Under the pieces are notes generated by a model. The model saw only the letters and a list, made by a program, of their open reading frames with translations. It made no database searches and was not told where the DNA came from. A stretch of DNA of 64,000 nt from the human T2T-CHM13v2.0 reference genome, Homo sapiens. The stretch lies in the NCBI RefSeq assembly GCF_009914755.1, contig NC_060925.1. One strand, given 5' to 3'. This document shows positions 12,977 through 27,474 of this stretch, in pieces. The translations under genes were made by a program, and so were the position numbers. How positions within the stretch are numbered: the first letter of the stretch is position 1; every line of letters starts with the position of its first letter.

Positions 12977-15313
12977 GTAAGTACAACAGAATCTTTTCAG
13001 ATTCTTTTCACTAGTCACTCTTTTAAACCCTTTCAAGACCATCGTTTTCAACTAGAATAAACACTGTTCATCCCGGTGTATTTTGAAGCAAAAGCTGAGT
13101 CATAAACATAATTTTTAGGTTGACTGTAAAAGTTTTTCTAGCACCTCAGAAAATAAGTGGCAGTTTGAGATGATCATAAAGTTGTGCCAAATCTCCCTTT
13201 ATTAAAAAGGTGAGGCTACTGGTTTGGTCTAAAAGGGGTTAAAAGGAGTTGCATTTTCCTTGTAAACACTAGCAGTTTTGCTGGTGGAATAGTTTGTGGA
13301 TTATTGTGAAAGGTCACTGAACCCTTTTTGAGTTTTTGAGTAGGTTAAAGGTGCAATGTATGATAAAATGTTTATACTTTGTGGCTAAACTCTAGCAAGT
13401 AGAATTTCTTCAAAGCTCCATGTTTCACATTAAACACAGGAGACTAAAAGTTGATGATAGATCAGGATAGCTTAGCCATGTTTATGTGGTGAAGAAGTTG
13501 ATGTGTATAATAGATTGGACAATGATTTGTGGTCAGTGTAATTTTGCTAACTCACGCTTACAATATGTCCAGTTGCTGGTTGTTTTATTTTCCCTCGTGT
13601 TACTAGTTTTACTCTTGAGAAATAATTTCCACCTGTACAGATATGTTTATGGTTTCTTCTTAGGAAGTAATATTTTGTAAATTATTGCTTAAATGAGTAA
13701 ATATACTAGTCCACAGTTGTTTAAGTTTAGGGTACATAGTGTAAACATTATGCTTTATGTTCTTAGGTCACTTGATTGACATGAAATTTTACCTAGTAAG
13801 TGTATGCAGATTGTGGGGTTATTATATAGTTTGATCATTTAAAGAGTATTGTATTTTTGTTATAATGTAAGAATCCTTTTAAGTCAGCTGCTCTTAATAT
13901 TTTATTTGCAGAGGAAAGTATTTCTAGTAAAAAAGGTAGTAGGGTACACGTTTTTGACTGGTTATTAACTTTTGATATGTCAGTGTAGCTTGTTATACTT
14001 GTGTAGAAATTTTGCATTTTTAACAGTTACTCTTTACTTATGTAAAAATGCATTGCACCTTTAATGCGTAATTAAGGAAGATTTTCCTGTTGTGACTTTT
14101 TAAATTACCTGGAAACACAACTAGGTTAGATAGGCATTCCTGAGCATAGTATACAAATGTAAGCAACTGATACATTACAGTTCCACTATACTTCATGATC
14201 ATAGGTTAATTGAAAATAGTTGGGATGATAGGCTTTGGGTTTTGAATTGAAAATCCATTCTAGTTTGAAAATTTGGAAAACACTTAATATTTTCCATGCT
14301 GTATATTATTTTAGACAAAGTGTGTTTTCTTAATGAGGCTTCAAAAGTAAATTTCGTTTTCATAATAAACAAGTATTCCTGTACTTTGTATTTACCATTC
14401 TAGTCTGAATGGACTTTTCTTTCTTTCCTCCTGTTAGTGAAGTAGATGAGCCAATAGGACCTACATTTTAAATCTTCACTTGTACAATTCCCCTTGGGTC
14501 CTTCTCTTCAGATTACTCCTCCATCTTTATCTTCTAAAAGTAAGATTAGCAGAATAAATTTCTGTGGACATGTGGCCTCTTGGTGTAGTAGATTTGGATA
14601 ATGACAAGAGAAGAGGAAGGGACACAAAGAGTCGTTTGGTTGCATGACTCTTCATCTGTAAACTTTTGTTTCTTGGGCTTCTGGGTCAGAAAATGTTTCT
14701 CTAGGTAAGAATGTGAATGGAACGTCAGATGCAATTCTTTATCTGAAGTGTGTCTTGGAAGTTGATGCATGGTTATGCTTTAACTCTCCTATTTCATACT
14801 AATGTTCCATCTCGCCTTCTCATTCCCTTTTTCAACAGGGAGAATACTAAATGATTTCTGGATCTTTTTTACTTCAAACTACAAATATGGTCTTCTTTGT
14901 GTATCTTAGTTTTAGTAAAATAAAGATTTCTTTTAGGGTCTTTTCATGGGAAAACATCAATTAGGAACTCTGAAGAGGAGTTGTCAGAGAGTTGTACAAG
15001 TGGTAACATTTGGACAGGCACATATGTTGTCTATAATCTCAAGTAATTTTGAAATGTAAAAGTAAAAACATAGTTAGCAAATATTCATTATTTGTTCTAC
15101 TGGAAATAAAAATACTAATTCAATGGATTTGAGTTTATGTAATAATTTACAGAGTTTTTCAATGTGTTTTTTCAGAATGGACATGTAAAATTTAGTTACA
15201 TTCCAGGGAATTTTCAGGTGAAAATTAGTAGATAGTTAACATGAAAATTTTATATGAATTCATATTTTTTCTTGGACAATATGCTAATATTTATTGATTT
15301 CACAAATTTACAG

Positions 15314-15512
15314 CATATGGGTGATTTTGGAAGCATTCATAGACCCGGAATTGTTGTTGACTATCAAAACAAATCCACCAATGTGACAGTTGCTGCTGCA
15401 AGAGGAATAAAGAGAAAAATGATGCAGCCATTTAATAAGCCCAGTGGAACCTTTATCAAGAAACCCAAACTAGCAAAACCTATGGAGAAGATAAGCCTCA
15501 GCAAATCACCCA
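15314..15512 (+). CDS. ZNF326: ZNF326 exon 6 (bipartite NLS KRK...KKPK)
   Basis: Acceptor tttacag|CAT, donor CCA|GTAAGT; matches ORF 15254..15520; 199 nt. Confidence 0.96.
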
Positions 15513-16794
15513 GTAAGTAAGAAAACATAATTGCTATGATTCAGGATACTTTTTATTTTTTAAAATTCCATACTTTTTGGTAATTTTTTCATGTTTATAT
15601 ACAGAAACTACATGACAATTATGATTGTAGAAGTTAGATCTGTAAATCCCCTATTGCAGTTAATAATTGGTCATGAATACCCAAAGATACTTTTAAAATG
15701 TACATAACCTGGTCCATTCCTTTTTCCTGAATCCTTGTGGTTGTGTATCAAACCCTCTACAGCTGAGAAAACAGGCACAGAATAGATAAATAATTTGCTG
15801 CCTAAGTCAAACAACCAGTGAATGGTAATGCCAGTATTTATTCCAGAGCAAGTCATGCTCTAGAAGTCCTGTTCTTAAACCTCCATATGATTGTAACAGA
15901 AATTTGCTTTGTATTCATTTTTCCCTTTTATTTTAAAATAACTTTTTCCCTAATTATGACATTATAGACATTTTAATATGTAATATTTGAAAAAACTGAA
16001 ATTGCAATGTTAGATTCTTTCCTCAAAATATATTTTCTATAATATAAAATTTGAAAAAGGTTTAAAAGGTGTACTTAAATTACTTTCTCATCAGGCCTTA
16101 TTGTTTAATAAGAAACAATATTCTGGAATTTCTGGAGTTCTGGAAACCTGATACTAAGCAGAGTATGTGTTGTGGGGATACCTTTAACAGTGTGTCAATT
16201 GATAGACTGTTATGTATCAAATTTGACATTTTATTAGACATTACTATAATAGAAAATTCAGTTGATTCTCTTGGGACCTATTTCAAAGATATATTTTGCA
16301 CGTATGGTTAAATATTGCAAAAGTTTGATAAAGAAACTGATTTGCCCTTAAAGCAGATATATATGTATCCCTCCCCCATACCCCCTTTTTATATAACAAA
16401 ACTTGAGAAAAGTGTTGTGTAGCTAAGAATGAAACTAAAATTCTTTAAATTATGCCTTCTCTGTCAGGTGTAAAATGGGCATTTAAAAAGATGATTGCTG
16501 AATTTTCCTCAATACAAGGTCTTGCTATGCTATAGTATAGACTATGTGACTTTATAGAAAATTAGTAGGAAAGGAACCCTATTCTGTCACTTGGCTAGAA
16601 GTACAACATGTCATAGTTTTAGCATATGAAAGGAAGATTAAATTACTTATTTGAGGTAATATATAAATAAGTAGATTTTTCAAAGGCCATCCAAAAGGAT
16701 AAGCAGTGCATAAAAGGAAAAATTTAAGGGCAAATAGTTAAGTTTTTTTTTTTTTTTTTTTTTAAGTATAAAGTTAAATGTATTATAAGAAAGA

Positions 16795-17850
16795 ACCTGC
16801 TCACAGTGAGTTACCACTCCATACCCACTTGGATGGTCATAATAAAAAAAGGAAAATAACAAATGTTGACAAGGATATGGAGAAATTGAAACCCTCACAC
16901 ATTACTGATGGGAATGTAAAGCAGTGAAGCCACTGTGGGAAGCAGATTGGTGCTTCCTGAAACAATTAAACATAGACTGTCCATATGATCCAGCAATTCC
17001 ACTTCTAGGTATTCTTCTATTCCAAAGAATTTAAAGTAGTATTCCAACAAAAATTTATTTATTTATTTATTTTTATTTTTGAGACAGGATCTTACTCTGT
17101 TGCCCAGGCTGGAGTGCAGTGGTGCAGTCTTGGCTCACTGCAACCTCTGCCCCTGGGTTCAAGCGATTCTCGTTCCTCAGCCTCCTGAGTAGCTGGGACT
17201 ACAGATGTGCACCACCACGCCCAGCTAATTGTTGTATCTTGAGTAGAGATGGTTTCGCCATGTTGGCCAGGCTGTCTTGAACCCCTGGCCTCAAGTGATC
17301 CATCCGCCTCAGCCTTCCAAAGTGCTAAGATTACAGGCATGAGCCACTGTGCCTGGTCCAAACAAAAATTTATATATGAATGTTTATAGTAGCATTATTC
17401 ATAATTGCCAAAAGGTAGAAACAATTGAAATATACATCAACAGAAGAATGGTTTAAAAAATGTGGGTTATTCATACAATGGAATATTATTAAACCATAAA
17501 AAAGGAAGTACTTACTAATACATGGTACAACATGGGTGAACTGTGAAAACATGCTAAATAAAAGTCAGACCAAAAAGGCAACAGACAGGATGATTCTAGG
17601 TATATGAAATACTTAGAATAGGCAAATCCGTAGATCAGAAAGCAGATTAGTGGTTACCAGGGCCTTAGGGTAGGGTTGAAATGGGGAGTGACTGCTTTAT
17701 GGGATGATGAACAGTTCTGTAACTAGATAGTGGAGATGGTTGCGTAACTTTGTGAATGTACTTAATGCCATTGAATTGCACATTTTAAAATGGTTAAACT
17801 AGTAAATCTTATGTTTTGTGTATTTTATCACAATAGAGAATATTTTTTAA
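16795..17850 (+). mobile_element. Old L1 (L1MB-like) 3' end, interrupted by an Alu
   Basis: ORF2 C-terminal and 3' UTR motifs (ccatatgatccagcaattccacttctaggtat; gtacttaatgccattgaattg...aaaatggtta). Confidence 0.8.
17055..17359 (-). mobile_element. Alu (S/J)
   Basis: Full dimer; TSD AACAAAAATTTA. Confidence 0.9.
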
Positions 17851-18350
17851 AAAAGAGAACAAATTTGCTTTTATTTTGGAGGTTACAAATTTTAAGAAAC
17901 TTTCTGAGAGCTCCTACAATATGAACATGAGTTCTTGCATCCAGGGCTCTGCAGTGTTTACTGGACTTCCATTTTCATGCTCGGTCAGGTTACTTTAGTG
18001 TTTTTCCCAAAGTATGTGATGCCCAAGATGATTTTAGGTGATAAGGATATTATTGCTTAGAATAAGGATAGGACAAATGAGCACATTTAAAGAAAAATAT
18101 GTAGCAAATAATCACATAGATGACAAGCAGATATGACAGAATTCATGATGATGGTATTCAAATGAATGAAGTTCATTTAGTGAAGTTTCAGAAATACTGG
18201 ATAGTCTCAAACTCCGATTTTTTTGGTGAGTTCAATTTTAGATTACAATCACTAAGTATACCTCATAAGTATGTACTTTACGAACTGATGATTGGAAAGA
18301 GAGAATGGAAAAATGAATTTTAGCTTTTACTTTTTTGTGTAATATCCTAG

Positions 18351-18462
18351 CAAAAACTGATCCTAAAAATGAAGAGGAAGAAAAGCGGCGAATTGAGGCT
18401 CGGCGAGAGAAACAAAGGCGCAGAAGAGAAAAAAACAGTGAGAAATACGGAGATGGATACAG
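18351..18462 (+). CDS. ZNF326: ZNF326 exon 7 (charged helix [21 protein letters not shown])
   Basis: Acceptor atcctag|, donor CAG|GTTTGT; 112 nt. Confidence 0.95.
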
Positions 18463-19006
18463 GTTTGTACTTAGAGTCAGAAAATTAGGTTCATTAAAAA
18501 ATGATTTCCTAGAAAAAGCCAACACATCAATTGTAATATTAAAAAGTTCTTAAGATTCAAATGAAAAGACTTGTTCAAAGATACAGAGGAATGCTTTTGG
18601 TTTTTGATATTTATATGTAATCACTACTTAGAAAACATAAGAAAAAAGGCATTCTATTCATATTGGCAATCCAAAAGATATCAAATATTCAGAAATAACA
18701 GTATTCTTAAAAAGAAACACTTGTCATTGAGATTTGACTGTATGGAGTCATAGTGATTTTCATGGGCAGGAATTAAATATTACAAATATGTAAGTTCTTT
18801 CCAATCCAGATCCCAAAGGAAATTCTGAAGAAGAGTAAATGAGTAGGTACTGGCTTTTATAGATAATCAATCATTAAAAAGCTATAATAGTTAAAAATAT
18901 GTGGTAATACACAAAGCTAATTATTATACCAGATTAGCCTGTGAACAGACTGTAAGGAAGAATGTAATATTTAATAAAGAGGATATTAGAAATAAGAGGG
19001 GAATTG

Positions 19007-19342
<336 letters not shown>

Positions 19343-20591
19343 TTAGAGCCTCCTCATATGACACCTGGAATGAATGTAGTAAAAAAAAAATGAAATTACA
19401 GAAAAACAAAATGTTCTGCAAGGAGATTTTTTTCCCAGGCTTAAAAGTTATAGAATAAATTACAAAGGAAATTATGAGCAGATTTGGCTAAATAAAAACT
19501 TAAAATTTGAAAGGAGTGCAAACAGACTTGGAAAATATAAACATGAGAAATGATTAATGTCCAAGTTAGATTAAAACATCACCCAAATTATTTTAAAAAG
19601 TAAGAAAACTAAGCTGTTTAATATGATGAGGAAACAAAAAACAGCTAGTAATAATTTTAAGGAAATTGTTTAAACTTAACAGTAATTTCATTAAACTAAA
19701 AATTTAAATAATAGTATGCCATTTTATTACTAAGGAGAAATTTGATTTGCTAATTAAGGAATGGTCAAAGGACGCTTAAAATTTGTTGGTGACAGTATAT
19801 TATAACTATTAGCAATTTAGCAGTTTTTTAAAAATGTCTAAATTTTTCTTAAAGCCTTGAGCCCAGAATTTTGAGGCCAGCCTGGGCAACGTGGCAAGAC
19901 CTCATCTCTAAACAAAACAAAACAATCCATAAAAAGAAGAGTAGTTCTAGTTTCAAGAACTACTGCTATTTTTAGTCCTTGTGAGTTCTCTGTCCCATTC
20001 ATTATCTCTTGTGATTCCTTCTTTTGGTAGAAGTAACAGGCATAGTTAATATTTTGGTGTAGAAATGACTTTAAATTATCAGCGTCTTGGAGTGTAAAAA
20101 TCATTTTACATTATAAGATGCAATTTTTTAAATTTAATTGCCCTATGAGTACTTTTCTCATGAAAAATTTTAGATATGGATTATGTTCATGTTAATATAA
20201 TATATAAAATTGTGATATAGAGAAAATGAAAGAATTGAACTTTCATTTAGCTATTTTCTCTGTAACTCTAAATATAAATCTGATGATATAACCAAAAGAA
20301 TGTTAACTCATAAATTATCATTTTAGGATATAATTTATTTAAAGTAGTCTAAGTTATTTTCATTTATCAGAGCAGTTTTACTTTGAGTTATGAGGATTCG
20401 AGATTGAGTAAATCACTATTCTTGTGATAGGTTCCTTCCCTTGGATATTTGAATGCTTCCCACATAATAAAGCACATGGAAAGGTTTATATCTACCCTTA
20501 AGGGAACCTAGGGAGAAAGAGATGGATGTGTGAGAGATGTACATAAATAATAGTGTATGGTGAAGGATACCAGGAGTACAATGTAGTCTCA

Positions 20592-20936
<345 letters not shown>

Positions 20937-21659
20937 TCAGGGGAGGCTGCAATGATGGAAGTAGTATTTGAATTGATCTGGGAATGGTAGGGTTACAGGA
21001 GGAGTTGTGAGAGGCAGCCCAGGTAGAGGCCATGGCTTGCCATCAAAGCAAACAGGAATGTGTTATTGTTATTTAGAAAATTGAAAGCAGTGTAGATTGA
21101 AGTGACTCTAATGGGTGAAAGGTATAATCTAATTTAAACATTTAATGAAGAAATGCTGTGCCAGATAATGTTAAAGGTATTGGTGAGTAAAGCCAAAAAG
21201 AAGAGATTAGGAAATTTCCTGGATGGCAGCTGAAAACATTTTTGTCTTTGTTTTTGGAGCTTATGGAGCTAATGAAGCCCTTTGAGCAGTAATGTGCTCT
21301 TACCTCCTATAGGAAGTAGCAATAATTAATTGAATAATTATTGTGTTTTAGGAAATGTTCTAAGGGCTTTGTCTGCATTAATTTTTAAAAATCCTCAGAC
21401 ACCTCTGTGAGCGTTCTCATCTCAATGTAAGAAAACCAAGGCCCAGAAAACCAAGTCAAGTAACTTGCCCAAGATCACAAAATGGAATTAGGATATGAAC
21501 TCAGCAGTTGGCTCCAGAGCTCATACTCTCAACCAGGAAAATAAATCTAATAGCATTGCAAAGAATTAATTGGAAAATGGAGACTGGAGACAGAAACCAG
21601 TTATGTGACTGCTGGCATAATTCAAGGAAAAGAAAATAATGTAAAATAGAAACAGTTAT

Positions 21660-21994
<335 letters not shown>

Positions 21995-22541
21995 TCATTA
22001 TGGAGTGGCTCTTGAGCTTACAGATGTATGCATTTGTCCAGTCCAGGCCTATTAGTTATCCCTAAGTGAAGTAGTCTTTAGAAGGCAAGACTTTTATCAC
22101 CCAAGAATTCCACAGGAGTGAATTATGATTGTCTGGTGGTGTGCCACCTTGCTTTATTGATACTACCATTGGTTTAGAAGCTTGAGGATGGAACAACATG
22201 TAAAATAAGTTGCAGAACTTTGGAACTTGATACTTCTTGAGGTTTGTTTTGCCTTTTTAATTGGTCCAGGCTTGAAGTGGATAACTTATAGATCCCCTGA
22301 TTCAATTTTTCCTACCCGGAAGCTCCAAGGTGGGCTAGAAATGCAAAGTGGTATATGGGTACTGTCCAAATATGTACTTAAATACTGTTTTTTTTGGATT
22401 TAAGCTAAGTTTAATTCAGTCATAAAGAGGAAGAAAGGAAATCATTTATGTTGGTAAAATTAGTTTCAATGTTATATTCTTATGAACTCTTTATAGTTGA
22501 ATAAAGTAATATTTAAAGGAAAACTTTTTTTTCTCTTACAG

Positions 22542-22689
22542 AATGGCATTTACATGTTCATTTTGTAAATTTCGAACATTTGAAGAAAAAGATATTGAAC
22601 TGCATCTGGAAAGTTCTTCACATCAGGAAACATTAGATCATATACAGAAACAAACTAAATTTGATAAAGTAGTTATGGAGTTTTTGCAT
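22542..22689 (+). CDS. ZNF326: ZNF326 exon 8 (AKAP95-type zinc finger 1: CSFC...H...H)
   Basis: Acceptor ttctcttacag|, donor CAT|GTGAGT; translates [31 protein letters not shown]...; 148 nt. Confidence 0.96.
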
Positions 22690-23236
22690 GTGAGTAGCTG
22701 TTTTTGAAGTGAGAAGCATTTTATTGATATGAATTTCTTATGATTTCATTTTTCACTCTCCCCATCTCTCACATTTATGTTTCTAAAATTTTAATTTACT
22801 ATTTAAAGAAAGAGTTGTTTTAAAATTAACTCAGAATTACTTGTGAATTCCTCTATAATAGAATTTGTATTTGTTATTTCAGAAATTATTACATTTTTCA
22901 CAGTTTCTGCGGGAGGTGTCCTTTAACAACTGTATTGATGTGGAGTCAGCTATCATCCATTAACTGGAGTTGTGCTGGTTACATTCATTCGTTATTTCAG
23001 TTGAGCCCTGTAACAATTCATTTTTATCATGAAAGATTATGCTCAGAGCAGTTAAATGACTGTTAAGTGACAATGCCAGGAATTCAGAAATAATGTAGGA
23101 GTTTAGCAAAGGGAAAGACAGTTGGGAATGTTAAGGAATGCTTAAAGAAGGGGCTTGAGCTGGACTGTTGATTGTACGTACAATTAATTTGGACAGAAGA
23201 GGTGGAATTATTAGAAAGTTAAAAATACAATGATCA

Positions 23237-23575
<339 letters not shown>

Positions 23576-23909
23576 TTAATTAACAATCTTCTGTAATTTA
23601 TTTCCTTAATGGGTTTCTGTGTGTCCTTTATAACTTAAATACCCACCTACTCTGGAAGACCTCTTAAATATTCTAGCTCCCTTTGATCCCTTTCTCTATA
23701 TGCTTAAAATATACTTTGAAAAATGAATAATTTTTGTAGGTTCCTAATATTTTATGATTATCTTTTCAATTAAATTATAAACTCCTTGAGAAAAGATGTT
23801 AATTCTTATGTAGCAGATACTGTATCTTCCATAGAATGAACATAGTGCTAAGCATTATACTTGAGTGCTCATTGAAAGCTATTTAGATTCTTTCTATTTT
23901 GTTTTCTAG

Positions 23910-24009
23910 GAGTGTATGGTGAATAAATTCAAGAAAACATCTATTCGTAAGCAACAGACAAATAATCAAACAGAAGTAGTTAAAATAATTGAAAAAGATG
24001 TTATGGAAG
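23910..24009 (+). CDS. ZNF326: ZNF326 exon 9 (ECMVNKFKK...DVME)
   Basis: Acceptor ttttctag|, donor AAG|GTAAGT; 100 nt. Confidence 0.95.
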
Positions 24010-24499
24010 GTAAGTATTTAAAACAAATTATTTTAAAATTCTACATGTATTTTTATATATCATAACCTGTTTAAATGTAAATGCTAGCCACTAGAGTGAT
24101 ATAGTACAGTCATATATACAGTAGCTCTGAGTGAGTTACCAGAAATGAACTTCTTTGTCTTCCTGTTCTAATGCTTACAAATTTATCATTACCTGCCATT
24201 ACTTTCTTCACTTCAGTTTGAGAGGAAAAGTTACCTTTTCCTCTAGATGAAAGATACTTCTCTCTGTTCTCTGTTTCTGTTATTCCTTCTCCCAAAATTC
24301 AAGTTATGAAATCTTCTGTTTTTTAGTCTTTCCTTCTCTTTTGATTCCATCTCTGGAGTCTGTAAATATGCTTTTACTTAAAAAAAACAAAACAAAACAA
24401 GAACAAAAACAAGAACTAACCAAACAAAAAACAGCCAACAAAAGGAATAAAAGAAAAGGAAAGAAAAACAGACACTAGTTCTCCTAAATAACCTGTCTT

Positions 24500-25650
24500 C
24501 TTTTTCTTTTTAAATAACCATGCTTCTTTAAGCATAACCCACACTATTCTCTGCTTCTTCATCTCCCATGTATTACATTAAGCTAATTAAACAACTTTCT
24601 ACTACTGTTAGTCTACTGAAACTGCTGTGACAGAAGTTACCAACACCAACTTCTCTAGGTTCTTTGGAATCATTATCTTCCGTAACATTTTTTACTAACT
24701 ATATGATTCATGAATCATTTTTCTTCCTTTGTTTCTGTGGCACTTCACTGGCCTAATGTTTTCTTTATCCTTTTGTCATTTTTTAAGTCTTTATGGTTTC
24801 TCTGCCACTCTTTTAGAATTTGATGTTTCTCAGTACCTTGTCATTAGCCCCATTACCATCTCTTTTTATATTCCTTCCTAATAAATTCACTTACAGAGCT
24901 TAAGTTAGTATCTAGATGTTCATTGCTTATACATCTATGTTTCTAGCACAGATCTTTCTTCTGAACTCTAGTCTTACACATCTAACTGCCTACTGACATC
25001 TCTTTACAGCAGTCACACAAAATCAACATATCCAAAAAAGTTATCGTCTCCTTGAGCATATCCTACCTTACAAAGAAAGCAAAACAAAACCTCACAGTTT
25101 TTTCCTTCACGTATCTTGAGAAGGGCCTGCACCATCTACCAAAGCCAGAAGTAGAGAGTTATATACTAGGTACTTTTTCCTTACTGTATCTATAGTACTG
25201 ATCAGTTGATAACATCAATTCTCTTTTAAACATTTATCAAATCTGTTTCTTTACCTCTCCTTTAAATACTGTATTTGTTCAAATCCTTTTCTGTTGTCTT
25301 GACAATTGTAGTATTTCCGAAGTAGTTTCATTACTTCCAGTTTTTCTTATCTTACGATTTTATTACATGATCTCATTATTTCAGGAACTTTCAGTGGCTC
25401 TTCATCCTCTCCAGGATCAAGTTCAAATTCCTAGGCGTGGCACATACAGCTCTTTATTATTTAGGCCCTTCTTTTTTTCTATTTTCATCTTTAGTCTCTT
25501 CTTCTCTGTTCCAGTCGTACTAACTTGCAGAAAGTACCATTCTCTTACACCCTTCCCTTGCATATGTTTATACCTTCACCTGTAATAAACCCCGGTCACC
25601 ATTTGCAAGATCCAGAATACCTTTGTTCCTTATGAATCCAGTTTTGACAT
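24500..25650 (+). mobile_element. Degraded L2 fragments
   Basis: Pyrimidine-rich L2-like motifs (catctaactgcctactgacatctc; tttcagtggctcttcat). Confidence 0.5.
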
Positions 25651-26016
25651 CCTTTCCCCTTTTCTTACTCATCCACATTCATAATCATGGAAATTCTTAT
25701 TTTACTACAAAATCAATATTTGTTTTCCTTTATATTATAGTTTTGGGAGGATGAATGTACAGGCCTCAGAGCATGGTTGTTTAACATGATTAGGAACTAT
25801 AATGTAATTGTACCTTAATAATTTTAGTTAGCAATATAGTAAATCTACATATGTAGATTTATGAGATGTGGTAGAAATACTCAGCATAAACCTATGCACT
25901 CTGATCTTTATTTTGGAAGAAGGGGTATAAATAATCATGGAAATTAAGTAGTAAAAACTTCATTGGTCAGAAATAACATATGAATTATTTCTTTAATAAT
26001 TGGATGTCTTTTGTAG

Positions 26017-26147
26017 GTGTTACTGTAGATGATCACATGATGAAGGTAGAGACAGTTCATTGCAGCGCTTGCAGTGTTTATATCCCTGCTTTACATAGTT
26101 CAGTTCAGCAGCACTTAAAATCTCCTGATCATATCAAAGGGAAGCAG
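26017..26147 (+). CDS. ZNF326: ZNF326 exon 10 (AKAP95-type zinc finger 2: CSAC...HLKSPDH)
   Basis: Acceptor ttttgtag|, donor CAG|GTAAAA; matches ORF 25980..26306; 131 nt. Confidence 0.96.
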
Positions 26148-26284
26148 GTAAAATTTTCATCTGTCTTAATAAAGTTGCCAGATTATCCATCAATCTTTTA
26201 TTGTTCTTTGGCCATAGCTTCACACCTATCTGCAATTTTATCAATTTATCAATCTCATATGGAAATAACTGTAAGTATACTCAG

Positions 26285-26520
26285 AGAGGCAGTATATAGT
26301 GGTTAAGACTGAGCTCTAAAGTAAGACTCCCTGAGTTGTTCAATCTATAACATGTGTTACGCAAGCAAGTTAACCTTTCTTTGTCTAAGTTTCCTTATCT
26401 GTAAAATGAGGGTAGATGATCATTCTACTCTTATCTGATTTTTTTTAAGAATTAAATTAATTAAAACGTATAAGGCATTTAAAATAGTGCCTGGTAATGG
26501 TAAGCATTCAGGAAATCGTA
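26285..26520 (+). mobile_element. MIR
   Basis: gaggcagtatatagtggttaaga...agtttccttatctgtaaaatgagg core. Confidence 0.75.
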
Positions 26521-27474
26521 GCTTTTGTTGAACTGTTAACTTTTTAAAAAGTCAGTACAAAACAGTTTTGTGAGAGAGTGTGTGTGTGTTGTGTGTGTCT
26601 GTGTTTTAGAATAAAAAAGAAAGTAAAGATTTGATTATTACTGATACATTTTTCTGATGGTTGGGAAAAATACATTTAAAAACAGCATTATCAGCTAGCA
26701 TCTATTCTTACATTTTTTAGTAGAATATCCCTGAAAAATTTACTGTCTTCTTTTTGGTCAGTATATTTCTGCTTCTCTATTGGCTTGGCTGGTTTTATTT
26801 AGTCAGATTTACTTCAGACAATACAAATGTTTATATTGTGGGAAATCAGTTTGTTTGAAAAGCATATTTAAAGATTCAGATATTAAAGCCTTAAGTTTTA
26901 AATAGAACATACCCAAGTGTTAAACTTTTATTTTGTATTGAAGTGAACCTCATTTAATTCAGATTTCTTCAAGCATTTTTGAACACATACAATCTTTTCT
27001 TAATCTATGTCTTTTTCTTCTCTTGATATTCCCTTGACACCATTTTGGCAATTTTCTATACTGGTAACTTTCTTCCTCTGTATAATAGTCTTGAAATAAC
27101 TACAGCCTAGAGGAAGACTAGATACTCTTGTAGTATGAAAAATTATTCTTTATTTTTTGACAGCGTGAAAATTAATAGTTGGGGGCTGGGGAGGCAGATG
27201 TGGAGTGGAAAGAAGAGAAGGCAGCTATCTAGTAGAATCTAGACTTGTAGATTTGTGGGACTGAGTGTTTTCTTTTGAAGCTGATTGGCTTGAATCTTCA
27301 TTGTTTGAATTCATAGATTTAGACTGTGGTTATAGTAGTTGCTATTGCTCTATAGTTTGTAAGAAGATAAGTCATTTAAATCTAAGGGTTTGAGCATGAA
27401 ATGCTGTTTTAATTATGGAAATATTTTTCATGGCATGGTTTTCAAGAACCCTCAGTGTGTTCTGTTTTTTATAG

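Noticed and set aside
16121-16146. TTCTGGAA triple repeat as a heat-shock or STAT element
   Set aside because: Spacing fits neither nTTCnnGAAnnTTCn nor TTCnnnGAA.
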